Notes: generated from the sequence alone by a model not told the origin. 64,000 bases of DNA from Octopus vulgaris (GCA_951406725.2 OX597815.1:170996001-171060000), one strand, 5' to 3'; shown: positions 25,783 to 39,337, counted from the stretch's first letter. Numbers and translations: made by a program.

Positions 25783-27329
25783 TTGTGCGAGCCCGCGTAT
25801 ATGTGCATGTACACACAGAAACACACAAACACACACACACCTCTTACGTTACAGTTGCTCTAAAACATCATTACATAGAAAAGGCAGGATTTTTATATTT
25901 ATTTTTAGATCATAATAACAATATATTTAAATACTTCAACGAGAATTTCAGAAGCGCGTTACATTCATGTGTTTATAAGACGCTCTCGCACACATACACA
26001 CACATGTAAACGCATACATGCACATACACACACATGCATATGTACATATACATCGATATGTATATGCATATATACGCATATATATGGAGATATATACGTG
26101 TGTATATATATATATATATATATATGGATATATATATGCACATATACCTGCATATATATTTGCTCATTTATCTATGTTTGTTGTGTGGGTACGCGCTCGT
26201 ATGTGCGATCCACTGAAGAGTGTTAAATAATACCTCAGGCTGAAGTTAGCCAAGGTCAATTCTATGTTTTGATTACGGTAACTATATTATCTCTATCGAA
26301 GCATTCAAGTAAACTTAAGTGAATTGAATATTTTCATACTGTTTCTTATTTTTTCTTATTTAATAAGCCAATTGTAAATGCCGTGCCTTGATTACTGTAA
26401 TCAACTGAAAGCAGTTCCAGCGGGCTTCTTACAGCAGTGAGTAGATTTAAGACACAGAGAGATTTGTTAACAGAATCCAAGAGGAAAACTCAATAGTTAT
26501 ATTATATAAATTGGAATAAAATACAAACAGATAATAAAGCACACGTAATCGGTGCCTTATATGAAAGTTCTGACAGGTTTTATAGTTATTTCGTGATGTA
26601 AACTGTTTATCGAGACAAAATTTCTATTCCGTTGGATCACATTTTTCATATGGGATAAGCGCATTCATTTATATTTTTTGTAGTTTCTAAATCTAACGAC
26701 CCTACAAACATATTTTAAAAATTGCAATTTTCATGACAACCAGTTATTAAAATAATTCCTTTCTTTAAGGTTGCGAAAGCAACGAAAATTTTGGAAAAGA
26801 AAAAATTGTAAATGATAAATGAGTGGAGACTGAACTGATGAATGTGTTAGATATTAAGGCAGTATGACTCTCCCCATACATAAATATTAAGCTTGTGTTT
26901 TCTGCGACATCCAAGCATTGGTGGGATAGAGTTACTAGTTTTCTAAGATTCAGGTTTTAAATAATTTTATTTTAATATCCTGCTGTAACTGATATACGTA
27001 GCTAATTCTGATACTTAATATAGTCTTGATGTAAAGATGTTACTAACCTTCCTCGCATGCAACATATTGGAGTAAATAAATACAATATGGAGCGTAAGAG
27101 TATTGTGATATATTTTGGTAACGGTCGCACGATTTGTGGATTATGTACTTCATTGAGGTCCAATAATTTTGTTTAGGGAAGAGCGCAATTATTACTAATT
27201 TAATATCTGTAGGGGAGGTGTGGGTTTATTGAATTGAGGGAGGTTTTTCTGTGGATAATGCTACCTTGAAATGATTTATATTGTTTTCATTGTTTGCTTT
27301 TTTGCTTTTTGCTTTTTCGTGAACAAGAT

Positions 27330-27740
27330 AGGCACAGGAGTGGCTGTGTGGTAAGTAGCTTGCTTATCAACCACATGGTTCCGAGTTCAGTCCCACTGCG
27401 TGGCATCTTGGGCAAATGTCTTCTACTACAGCCTCGGGCCGACCAAAGCCTTGTGGGTGAATTTGGTAGACTGAAACTGAAAGAAGTCCTTCGTATACAT
27501 GTATATATATATATGTGTGTGTGTGTGTGTATTTGTGTGTCTGTGTTTGTCCCCCTAGCATTGCTTGACAACCGATGCTGGTGTGTTTATGTACCCGTCA
27601 CTCAGCCGTTCGGCAAAACAGGCCGATAGAATAAGTACTAGGCTTACAAAGAATAAGTCCCGGGGTCGATTTGCTCGACTAAAGCCGGTACTCCATCATG
27701 GCCGAAGTCAAATGACTGAAACAAGTAAAAGATAAAAGAT
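27330..27740 (+). mobile_element. SINE family A (full length)
   Basis: GGAGTGGCTGTGTGGTAAG head, central (TA)(TG)n, GTAAAAGA-type tail. Confidence 0.93.
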
Positions 27741-27749
27741 TCAAGATTT

Positions 27750-27995
27750 AAGACATTTTATTTTCCGTTGCTTCAGTTCACTCAGCTGTAGAAATTAGTT
27801 GCGACATCATTGATGCCAAATTGTATCGGCCTTTGCCTTTCCTTTGGACAACATCGATGGCGTAGGGAGGGGAGACTGATATGCATAGGTGATTGCTTGT
27901 CTTCTATAAACAGCTTTGCCCGGACATATGCATTAGAGGAGAACTTCTTGGGTGCACTCCCATGATCATTCATGACCGAGGTGGTTCTTTACCCA
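27750..27995 (+). mobile_element. SINE family C, 5'-truncated
   Basis: CACTCAGCTGTAGAAAT...CATGACCGA match to the family C body. Confidence 0.85.
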
Positions 27996-28604
27996 TTATC
28001 CTGGTTGTTCATAAGGTCTCTGTAAATATTCTTATATCTCTAGCTAAATAAAAATAATCCACCACCATTACCTTTGAGTCAATGCAACACTAAATGAGAG
28101 AGTGGACCATTGTTGCTTTCAGCTTTTTATTTTGTGTACAATTACTATTTATTATAACCCATTATAACCCATTTCTTCAAATTTGTAGCTGTTTAGCTTC
28201 AGGTCAAACATAATTAGACAGACATTTGAACAAAAGTATTCCAACCATCGATACCCCATCTTTTGAGTATTGTGTCGTCTATTTTGTATGACGACAGAGT
28301 GTGATTTAATGGATGTTTGATTACTATATCTCGACGGTTGATTGAATACCTCCGCTACACTCTCTCACGTTCTAAACATCAGAGGCCTTGATATCAATAC
28401 AGTCATCTGGGTTCTTGAATTTCATTTAGAAGATAAGATTAATACAAGGAATTAACGCAAGTAATATGAATAACACAAGGAATTGTTATATAATAATTAA
28501 AGTTTGGTACATTTAGAAAGTTTATGAAGTGTATTTATGTTGTCTAATCAGATATAAACAACTCGATTTACAGGTGGTTAAATTACATTTCAAGACTTGC
28601 ACCC

Positions 28605-28694
28605 GTGGCTCAGTTGGCAACGGACCCTCTTTGTTATAATCTATTACAGATGTAATAGATTATAACAAAGAGGTTCCGTTGCCAAGCGAGCCAC
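28605..28694. repeat. 90-bp palindrome (44-bp arms, 2-nt loop)
   Basis: GTGGCTC..TTGGCAACGGA.CCTCTTTGTTATAATCTATTACA-GA-TGTAATAGATTATAACAAAGAGG.TCCGTTGCCAA..GAGCCAC; 3 mismatches. Confidence 0.92.
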
Positions 28695-28846
28695 AGGATT
28701 TGAATGTGATGTCAGTCTTCCCATTTTAATACACTTAAATCATTACAGAAATGCATAACATGCGTGCATTTCTTTCTCTCTCTCTCTCTCACACACAAAC
28801 AATCTCTCTCTCTCTCACACACACAATCTCTTTCTCACACAAACAA

Positions 28847-28896
<50 letters not shown>

Positions 28897-29152
28897 GCGA
28901 GCGAGCGTGCCATAATCAAGTAAATAAGCAACAAATGAGGAAACAATTTTTTTAATCCTCGAAGAAGATTTAGGGGATGTTTTCTGTTTGGCTGCCACTT
29001 TTCAATTTCTTCAGTTTTTTTCCAATTGACTTCGTATTTGATATAATGACGCAGCTTTGTAATGGTAATTACTGATTTCAAATTCGTTTTCACCATAAAT
29101 CAATAAATAAAGAGTTAATAGATTTTAAAGTTTGCAAATTTTGGTTAATTCT

Positions 29153-29199
29153 AGCCAATCACAAACCACAGACATATAGGTGCCTGTTTCCATAGTAAC
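29153..29199 (+). promoter_or_regulatory. CCAAT box plus RFX X-box-like motif
   Basis: AGCCAATCA (29153-29161) and GTTTCCATAGTAAC (29186-29199) match the NF-Y and X-box consensus; motif match only. Confidence 0.3.
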
Positions 29200-29790
29200 G
29201 AGCCAAGTTGTTACCAAGCTGCTTACACCGCTGTTACTGTCCTGTTCTGTCCATCGTATAGTAATTTTTTGCTTATTAAATGCTTAAAACACATGAGGTA
29301 CGTATGAGGTGGTCGTGAGAGTGCTAAAAAATAACAAGTAAATAGGCCTTAAATCACGCACTATTTTTCTTTTTTGCATAATCGTATGAATTCCCGTGTG
29401 TAGAATACAAATTTATAAAACTTTTCTGAAAATTTAAAAAAATAAATAAGCTATGAGGGATTATATGGCGTGCGTAACACAGAATTCCGCTAATATTTCA
29501 TTTCTTTATAGTTTGATATAAAAAATACGCAACGTTTACAACACGTACAGTCAGGCACAAAATGACAGTTTCCAAATCGTATTTTCAGACTGGGTAAAAA
29601 TTATCGAAATTTAAACCTCTGTAACTTTTTTTTATAATCTGAGATTCAGCATGGAAAATTACCTATTTACTTGTTATTTTTTAGCACTCTCACGACCACC
29701 TCATACGTACCAAAAAATTACTATACGATGGACAGAACAGGACAGTAACAGCGGTGTAAGCAGCTTGGTAACAACTTGGCTCGTTACTAT
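29192..29790. repeat. Inverted duplication (155/129-bp arms, about 315-bp spacer)
   Basis: 29192-29346 and 29662-29790 are identical except for one 26-nt indel. Confidence 0.92.
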
Positions 29791-29828
29791 CATCGATACA
29801 CCAAATTTGGGAATTTTCATTTAATTTT

Positions 29829-30335
29829 AAAAGCAAAAAGCAACAAAAGTCACTGAAAAGAATATTAACCAGCGCTAGACTTTACCCACTAACTACTGAG
29901 CCAAAAGTGACAAAATGTGGACGTTCTAACTGTGGAACATGCCCCCACCTTCTGGAGGGTTCAGAATTCCAATTCAAACAAGGAGAAATATTTAAGATCA
30001 AATCAAATTTCACCTGCGCCTCAGCAAATGTAATCTATGTCATGACACGCATAGGATGTGGTAAACTCTATATTGGACAAACAGGAATTTCACTCCGTCA
30101 AAGAATCACCATTCACAAAGAGCAAATCCATCACCCACAATACAGACAGTTAAAGGTGAGTGAACGCATAGAAAGATGCGCCAGGAATCTTAATCCCAAT
30201 TTTCAAATATTCCCCTTTTACCTATGCTCACAGAACACCACAATGCAACAAAGGCTGAATAAAGAGACATTTTTCATCAACAAATTTCTCCCCCAACTAA
30301 ATATGAACACACAACTCAATACAGAATACCACTAA
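29829..30335 (+). pseudogene. Penelope-like element C-terminus: Cys-rich Zn-finger linker + GIY-YIG endonuclease (Neptune-type), 5'-truncated
   Basis: Open frame KSKKQQKSLKRILTSAR...KCGRSNCGTC...FTCASANVIY..C..YIGQT..LRQR..H...RLNKE..I....PQLN matches the PLE GIY-YIG motifs; no RT upstream. Confidence 0.9.
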
Positions 30336-30754
30336 CTCTTCATTTGAAACCACTAAACACTATACACTACCTACATCACTCACATCTCTAATTCCAGAAC
30401 TACTTACCTCCCTTACAAATAATCTTTTTTCTCAGGAACTATTAGACTTGACACCGTATATTAACCGGTGTTGTTCAAACGATGAATAGCCTTCGCGGCG
30501 TAAACCACTGGTTCGTTTTATTCTCTTACTTTATTATCATCTTATAATCATCTCATAATAATGGCCTTTATGACTCGTATTACTACTCCAGTCAATCTAA
30601 ATGTATATATTTGTCACTACCTGTCATAAACAGCCTTTTTCTATTTGCAATATGCATTTTCGTTGATTTTTTCATATTTTACCCTTGCATTTCCACGTGT
30701 ATTTTATATTTTCTTTTCGTAACATATTTCTACTTTCTTTTCGTAACATATTTC

Positions 30755-30757
<3 letters not shown>
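30336..30757 (+). mobile_element. PLE 3' UTR / pseudo-LTR ending in (TA)n
   Basis: C/A-rich UTR; decayed hammerhead-like CGATGA..GCC-TTCGC-GGC-GTAAAC at about 30480-30505; duplicated terminal TTTCTTTTCGTAACATATTT, then (TA)n. Confidence 0.7.
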
Positions 30758-30789
<32 letters not shown>

Positions 30790-30799
30790 CATAAATATA

Positions 30800-30957
30800 C
30801 GATGGGCTTCTTTCAGTTTCCGTCTACCAAACCCACTCACAAGGCCTTGGTCAACCTGAGGCTATAGTCGAAGACACATGACGAAGGTGTCACGCAGTGG
30901 AACTGAACCTGGAACCATGTGGTTGGTAAGTAAGGTGCTTACCACACAGCCACTCCC
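30800..30957 (-). mobile_element. SINE family A, 5' half
   Basis: Reverse complement of the family A head up to its central microsatellite. Confidence 0.88.
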
Positions 30958-32664
30958 GAACAGACTGTTATTTGTTAAACGTCAGTCCTATTGTCAGTCC
31001 TATTGTCAGTGGAAGTCACCCCATTTTTTATGCCGGACAAGAAAAGCGTTTCTACTTGTCGCTGAAACTGCTACATCTGCCTATTCGTCCTCGAATTACA
31101 CTCCACCATCTCTAGAAAAGAGTGGTGCATTGCATTTTGTAGCCTTCGATATATTATACGCGGAAGCAAAAGATGAAAATGATCTCAGTGATAAGGCTTC
31201 TAACCATAAATTTGCCTTTTCAGTGCTAAATAACAACAGCGATAAATTCACTTGTCTTTTGCTTCTTATTTGAGTCTCCTTTTGTTTACGAAGAAAGTTT
31301 TATGTGTGAAAGATTACATAATGATTTGGAATTCCTTTCATATGATTTTTTTAAATATATCATTTGTGAAGGAAAAGTTTTAAATAAATTCGTACCGATT
31401 TGCTAACACAAATCCGCATGTTACTCAAAGAGGTTTTATCATAGATAGATTCTATATTTCTTGTTCGTAAACAATGTTGAAAGCAGATCAGATTCGGGAG
31501 AAACGATAATAGAAATTTTTAGTTATAATAATGCAAGTGATAATTATAATTATGTAGCTTAAAAGGTTAAATACCTGAAGTCAAACAAATTGACTTTCAG
31601 TTTCGTTATATCGTTTGACGGAGGCCGGAGGTTATGAACCGTGTCGTATCAAATTGTGTTGCTCTGTTTAATGAAACTAATCTTGATTTCGTTTCCTTGT
31701 ATTACCATATTACTTTTCGAGTATAATATTTCATTTCCTTTGTAATAATATAATTTAAAATTGAACGAACGATATTAGCATTAGTATTGTTTTGATGCAT
31801 TCAGATATTGTGGAAGAGGAGATAGATGGCGAGGATGACGATGATGAGATGATGAGGAGAATTGAGGTGGCGGCTGTGGTGGGAATTTGTTTTTGGAACA
31901 TTTCTAAATATTATTTTATATTATTTCATTTTAAGTAACCCCCAGGACATCGCGATTGTTTCCTATTTTCTCTGGCTATTTACAATATTTAGAGTGTAAA
32001 CTGAGACACAACTAAACGCAAGTGCGTATCTAAATGTGTGCGTAGAGACATGTAGCTATGAATACGTTGGTGTGAACATTTGAGTGTACGAGGAAATATT
32101 CTTTCTTTCAACAAACCACTGTAACAGTAAAAAGGAGAAACTTTTCTAGAGATATTTTTAAAGAATTTCAGTAATTTAGAACAGATTACCATTAAGGCAG
32201 TAAAATTGCTTTATATATATTTTCTAAGACGCAATTTATTAAATGCTGTGTATAATATATAAAAGCACATCTTGATTAATGGCTATTATTGAACAATGTC
32301 TCTTTTGTTAGGTGTATTATTGTAGGTACAATGGACACATGATCTACATATAAAACTTTGTTCACACACACGCGCAAGCACTCACCACGTATATATAAAC
32401 GTAAATGAATGAATGAATGTATATGTATGTTTAATGACATGATAAATAGAGAGGTGACGAGATCCGTAACGGACGAATTCAGGACGGCGTGACTGTTATT
32501 CTTCGGAGAGCAGGAGCACGGCAGTCCTTCCCTGGGTCGTCCGAAGAGGTGGTGCAAAAATAACCACTAGGCAATATTCACGTCGATAAAACTACCCCGC
32601 CTCTCTCTCTCCATACACACACACACACACATACACACACACACATACATACATACACACACGC

Positions 32665-32748
<84 letters not shown>

Positions 32749-32749
32749 A

Positions 32750-32974
32750 TTTCTTTACTACCCACAAGGGGCTAAACACAGAGAGGACAAACAAGGACAG
32801 ACAAAGGGATTAAGTCGATTACATCGACCCCAGTGCGTAACTGGAACTTAATTCATCGACTCCGAAAGGATGAAAGGCAAAGTCGACCTCGGCGGAATTT
32901 GAACTCGGAACGACAGACGAAATACGGCTATGCATTTCGCCCGGCGTGCTAACGTTTCTGCCAGCTCGCCGCCT
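32750..32974 (-). mobile_element. SINE family B (near-consensus)
   Basis: Complete head-to-tail match; the tail abuts (TA)n. Confidence 0.93.
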
Positions 32975-33149
32975 TATTACCCAACTGGTGATGTGTTTGT
33001 AAGATGTCAATAGCTAAATATTACTAAGTTTATGTTGAGAGATCTAATTTTAGTTCAACTGGATATATGCACTGGAAAATCTTCAAGCACTAGCAAAATA
33101 ACTATTTCCAATAATCTCGCTGCGAAAGAAAGTATTGGAAAAACATGAA

Positions 33150-33240
33150 ATAACAATCCCTTGGGAAATTGATATAGATATTGATATAGATGAAAAAACA
33201 ACATGGCTGTGAACCGGCCAAACATTGTCATCAAAGGCAA
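33150..33240 (+). pseudogene. R4/Dong-type LINE RLE endonuclease relic
   Basis: TIPWEIDID...NRPNIVIK resembles the ILWD..I.TD....NRPDIV motif. Confidence 0.4.
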
Positions 33241-34089
33241 ACACGTATGTGATGAACTTCAAATCAGTGTTTCTTCAATTGACATATCCTATTCAATAAA
33301 AAGATATCAGGGAAAACTTTTTTTATCCACATCAGTTTTCCGTAAATAAAGTATTAACGAAAAGAGAATAATATTGGTATTCACTTCATTCGTCACCCTC
33401 ACCCACCCACCCCCGTCGCTATGGTATTAATGATATGCGACAAATTTTTTAAAGATGTAAGACTTTACCCGTCTTATATATCACGTGCGACACATAGGAA
33501 ATATTTCCCTGGCGCCTATGCACCGTATATGATACACATTCTTATTGTTTCTTTTTTCAACAATCAGATTAACTCGAGACTTAGAATATAAAAACTCTGA
33601 ACGCATGAAACAAAGGTCAAATAAGAGTCAAATAAGTAAAGGAACCTTTAGGAGAAGCTTATGAAAATGCTTTGGACAGGCAAAGGGTCAAAGCCATCCT
33701 AATTTCATTAAACATGACAATTTGTCCGCCCCCCTTTTCAAATTTCGCATGCTTTCAATCTGCCCGTCCTCTTTTCAAATATTGCAAGCTTTCTCCATAC
33801 GAAACACTGCGTAATTAATATGAGTATTGTTGAGAAAAAAAACAGTGATATTTAGGAGGCTCAGAATCTATGAAAACCATAAATAGGAGGGATATAAATC
33901 GAGAATTGTGTCCATATTAAGTTGGTTAAGGATGCGAAAACATATTTGCCTAAAACAGTATAAGCTTTTCTGGGTAATCTACTATTAATTACTGAAGTCT
34001 TGCTTACTGTGGACTGCACTAATATACTGGTGGATATCTCCGTATGTTGATGGTGTATATATACATATATATGCGTGTGTATATGTTAG

Positions 34090-34306
34090 TGTGTCTGTGT
34101 TCCCCTCCACTCAGCATCGCTTGACAATCGATACTGGTCCGTTTACGTCCCCGTAACTTACCGGTTCGACAAAAGTGACAGATAGCATAAGTACTAGGTT
34201 TACAAAGAATAAGCCCTGGGTTCGATTTGCTCGACTAAAAGGCGGTGCTCCAGCATGGCCGCAGGCAAATGACTTAAACAAGTCAAAGAAAACAAAAATA
34301 AAAGAA
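34090..34306 (+). mobile_element. SINE family A, 3' half
   Basis: CGCTTGACAA...GGCGGTGCTCCAGCATGGCCGCAG match. Confidence 0.88.
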
Positions 34307-34318
34307 TATATATATATA

Positions 34319-34390
34319 GGAAACTCTACTTCGTTGGTATTTGATATCAAAGTATTCTTAGATATCAAATACCAACGAAGTAGAGTTTCC
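34319..34390. repeat. Perfect 30-bp-arm hairpin inside (TA)n
   Basis: GGAAACTCTACTTCGTTGGTATTTGATATC / GATATCAAATACCAACGAAGTAGAGTTTCC; symmetry extends through (TA)n to AATAAAAGAA / TTCTTTTATT. Confidence 0.92.
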
Positions 34391-34519
34391 TATATATATA
34401 TATATATTCTTTTATTCTTGTTTACAAGACATCTTGTTTGGCACCGATTTTGCCACCTATGGCCCTTTATTATATAAATAATGCCGACGACAGCGATCAT
34501 TATCACATCATGATTATGA

Positions 34520-35330
34520 TCATGATCATAAGAAAAATTATTAAATGAGACTGGATACAGAATATAACGCTATAAGATGGCAATAATCCATGTGCTCTAC
34601 GTAGATGACCTAACGTTGTCTGTTGATGTAAACAAACAGAAAACCTGTTGCCTAATAACAGACGGATTCAGTAAAGAGAGTTAAATGCAATTCGATTTAG
34701 AAAAGTTGGCCAATGCAGAATTAATTATACTCTCCAATATATTAGATAATGAAACAGAGAGATAATTAGACCAATCCATCTTTAAAATACATAAAAATTA
34801 ATTAACTAAAACTAGGACAACCCGCACAAATGCAAGAGAATGGTAGGTAGCAATAATTTATATGCATTAATTGAATACTTAAAACATTGCTACATAAAAA
34901 TATGGTTGAACATATGAATATTTCATGTGTTCTAGCAGTATGCTGTTAAAATAGTCTAAGTGAATGAGTAAGACTAAGGATGACAAATAAGAAAAAAATA
35001 ATTGATTTAGAATACAACACGAAGACGAAAAGAAGATTATATTTATTAGGAATATAGAGACGTAGGAATATTCAGTAAGTTGAAAACAAACAGTACCATG
35101 GCGAACACATAAACTGTCATTCTATGGAAATATACAGTAAGGAAGCAAAGAGAACAAATACAAACAGTGACAAAACATGAACAAAACAGAACTGTTTCCC
35201 ATTTTAAGGGAAGTCAAAAATACAAAATTAGGAATCTTGTAACATAAAGCTATGAGAAAGATGGACTAATAACATTAGATATTTTTAAAGTACTGAAAAC
35301 TGAACTGAAAATGTGATTATAAAATGCAAT
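34520..35330 (+). pseudogene. R4/Dong-type LINE reverse transcriptase relic
   Basis: LNETGY, IHVLYVDDLTL (34583-) and GFSKES*MQFDLEKLA correspond to R4-clade SHLLYMDDLKL and FS.DI.M.FGL.KC motifs; stops and frameshifts present. Confidence 0.65.
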
Positions 35331-35419
35331 AATACATTGGTGAGAAAACTTATATTTCGCCCATACTCGACAATACTGATGAAGTAAGGTGCTTTCTTTT
35401 ACATGAACAATTCTAATTT

Positions 35420-35690
35420 TTTAAGTCTGGTACTATTTTTGCCGAATTGCTAAGTTACGGGGTTGTAAACTAGCCTCGGTTGTCAAGTGGCGAAGGAAAA
35501 TAAAGGCACAAATACACACACACGTATACACACACACACGTATGCACACACACGCACATATATGACGAGCTTCCACACCTTTTCCATCTACCAAATTCAA
35601 GAGCTGCAGTAGAAGAAACTTGCAATGGGACTGAACACAAAACTACATGGCTGCAAAGTAAACTTCTTGTCTGCAGAGGCATGCCTAATC
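35420..35690 (-). mobile_element. SINE family A, degenerate
   Basis: GCTAAGTTACGGGG..GGTTGTCAAG and TTTCCATCTACCAAATTC..GGGACTGAAC blocks. Confidence 0.7.
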
Positions 35691-38290
35691 AATGTTGACC
35701 AAATCAGTGGTTCAGTTTAACACTGCGACTTGCTTTAAATGCATTTTGCAAAAATAAATCAGTAGTAATCATTTTAGTTCTGAAGCTAATTTTGTCATTT
35801 CTTTCTACTACTAGTCCTCCGAGACTTTGAAATGAATGATGAATGCTTCCCTTTCTCTTCTAACTACGCCCTTTCACAAAAAAAGGTTGGTGGATCAAGA
35901 AATAAATCAGTAGCAACTGAAAAGTAGAGAACGGGATGCCAAGTCGAATGAGTTTTTCAACATGACACGGCACCAACCCCTTCCCAAAAGGAACTGCCCA
36001 AAACTCACTCAGTTAAATAGATATAAATGCTGAATATGTTGAGGCTGTAAAGAACAGTAAATCACACTGGTTTTCGTTATGAAGTCTTAACAAAAGCAGG
36101 GCATATCTATCTATCTATCTATCTATCTATCCATGTCCAAATATATATATATATATATATATATGCATAACTATGCTGACATGCATGTGTACATACGTTT
36201 GATAAATGTAATTTTCAAACGCTGGACGGTATGCAAACATTATGTAACAACAAGCAAAAAGACATATGATCACGCAACGAAAGATTTCAGAGAATGACAA
36301 ATAGTTTATGCTCTACAACATACTGATTCATTTAGAAATTGTGATTAAAGCATTTCGTTCAGCTGTTATTGTCACTTAGGCTAGTGAAGACAAAAAATGT
36401 CCATTAATTACTTTATTAAATCAGACAGGCCTCAACATATAGTAAAAAGAAATGAAGAAGCAAAAAGACATAGAAATAGATATCCAGAATATGGGATAGC
36501 ACTGAAAACATAAACACACCCCATAATAACAGGTTTATAGGGAATAAGAAACAGTTAAGCAGATAAGTGAATGTGCCTGGTTTTGTGGTTAAGACCGATG
36601 GTTAGATTCCTGGTCTGACCAACACGTTATGTTCTTGAGTAAGGTACTTCATCTCCCGTTACCCCCAGTCTACTCTATTTGAGTAGAGTACCTCTTAGCT
36701 AGCGGTACGGCTCTTTCTTTCCAAGTGTCACTGGGTCAAAGTGAGGGTAATGTGAGATTTCGAGCTCCTGCACGCGATTGTATAGCCATCTAAAGCATTT
36801 AACAAAAACATGGGGCGTGTTACCAAACCATACTTACTTGTCTATGATAGTTGTATTATTTTAAGCAACTAACTATACACTCTGAACTCTAAGAATTAGA
36901 CATAAACAGAACATAAAGCTAACTACACAGCTATATGATTGGTTCGACAATAAAACGAGGCGAAATAAAATTTACTAATAAAAATATTCTAAGTGGACTA
37001 TCGCTACAAGAAATTAATCATATTTCGAATTGTTAACAAAAACTAACGCAACAGCTGAAATGGTCTTAAAAATCGCACATCTGACGATCATAAGGAATAG
37101 CAATAAAGTAGTGTCGTTATACGACAGCTAAATTTGCAAACATATATCAATAAAAACTGACAGCAACACGAATGCGTCAGAAGTCGCAAGGACATTTATC
37201 ATTTAGTTGTAGACTACCAATAACGGGAATATTTAGAGGAATATCTGTAATTTCTAAAATATAGTAAGCAAACGTTTTGAATCAGTGCCCTCGTTTGTCA
37301 GAATATGCAACATTTTCAGCAATAGAATATATTTTGTGGAATAACAACGTAAGTAAACTACTTTTTTTGCGCCTGTTTTTAGAAACCAATCTTTAATACT
37401 AATATAGACCTAAACAATGTAAAATATCTCTGAAACGTTGTTACACTGATTGAATGTCAGCAGGAAAACATTCGACTCCACAACATTACATCATTGTGAA
37501 TCAACATAAGAGAGTGATGTCAGAGTGTAGCGAAGAGAGCGGAGGGTGTTTACATTGAAAACTAAACAGAGATGACTGGAAACATTCCGCGCATCATACG
37601 TATACTCGTATATGCAAGTTATGCACGTAACTTCATTCAAAGGGCATAACTAAAGAGTATGTCGGCCTGTGCACTTCCGTTAGTCGAGTCCTCAACAGAG
37701 GGGTCAACTTGCTCTGATTAAACTTTCCACTCTCACTCCTATCCACCCTCAAAAACTGTTTCTGTTGCTGTATGGTGTTTATTAGCGTTAGGTATCTTTA
37801 TGTTGGCATATATGAAGTGTTTAGTTGCACACTAGACTTTAAATCAGCGGATAGTACATGATAACATAAACATATTTCTCTGTTACTAGAATGACAATAG
37901 TGTACTAACGTATGGCACAGCAACAGCAAATGACAATCAGATTTTGCAAAAGTGGCCGGGAAACCTAAAGAATTAGAGCGAATCAGCAGTTGAACTAAAT
38001 ATATCAAGGTATTTAACGAATGTATTCGTCATTCTGGGAGTAACTGACACAACTGGAATGCTAGACAACCATTTCTATACAGAAATTGACAAGATTGCAA
38101 CATTACCGATCAGAATATACAAAGGCATTTTCCAGAGAATAGCAATGATAGAAGATGTAAATATTAAGGCATCCCCACGCGGCATTTCATAACCTTCAGC
38201 ATTTTACTGGATGTCTAAGAAGCTACACCTATTTTCTTTTTATGTAACAAAGGAAATTCTTCATATATTTCTCAAACAGGGAACAATAAT

Positions 38291-38293
<3 letters not shown>

Positions 38294-38323
<30 letters not shown>

Positions 38324-38563
38324 AAGAAGAAGAAGAAGAAGAAGAAGAAGGAGGAGGAGGAGGAGAAGAAGAAGAAGAAGAAGAAGAAGAAGAAGAAGAA
38401 GAAGAAGAAGAAGAAGAAGAAAGAAGAAGAAGAAGAAGAAGAAGAAGAAGAAGAAGAAGAAGAAAGAAGAAGAAGAAGAAGAAGAAGAAGAAGAAGAAGA
38501 AGAAGAAGAAGAAGAAGAAGAAGAAGAAGAAGAAGAAGAAGAAGAAGAAGAAGAAGAAGAAGA
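38294..38563. repeat. (AAG)n trinucleotide repeat, about 270 bp
   Basis: Pure purine strand; source of the poly-R/K/E ORF. Confidence 0.97.
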
Positions 38564-39337
38564 ATGTGCCTTCTCATGAGGCAACCAAAAACAAAAACAA
38601 TTTGGATTAGAACTCAAACGATAACTATGATAGTAAAAATGATATATTCAAGAAACATTTTCCTCGCAAATCTTTCCTCGTTGAAATATACTGACACGGA
38701 TATTGTTCATGTAATTCCAATGACGGTTATTATGATTTGCAAAGTACTTTCGCGCCATTACTCCTGTACTTTACTTTTCCTTATAGCCACGCGAGGTCAG
38801 AAAATTTTACTGCTAGATATCTCATGAAAGATGCAAGCTTGGCTTTTATCCAATTAGGTAGTTTTCAGATGTGCTAGATAAAAATACTGACTTTGTGTAT
38901 GTCAGTATGTATGTGCGTGGATATGCGTGTATATGTGTTTCGATGTGTACGTATGTATACGTGTTTAGATATATTTACGTGTATTTATTTATATAGGTGT
39001 GGATGGTGTTTTATACGTGGGAAAAGTTGTATGCATTTATATAAATCCATACATGAAGCTTTATATCATATATTCAACGAAAATGGAGATTACAAATTGT
39101 AAAATCACTGCATTCATTCATAGTTTACACATATGTTAATTCCTGTATGTCTGTATGTGTGTGTGTATCGTTTTGAGTGTGTATGTACACTCATATATGC
39201 ATGTATCTTATCATACGTATGCATGCAATAGGCTTCTATCAATGAAATCGAGAGAAACTGCGCGGATGCATATGTGTGCGCGTGCTTGTGTGTGTATGTA
39301 CATACATATTCACACACACACACACACACACACACAC

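Noticed and set aside
38211-38617. Poly-Arg/Lys/Glu ORF
   Set aside because: (AAG)n with phase slips.
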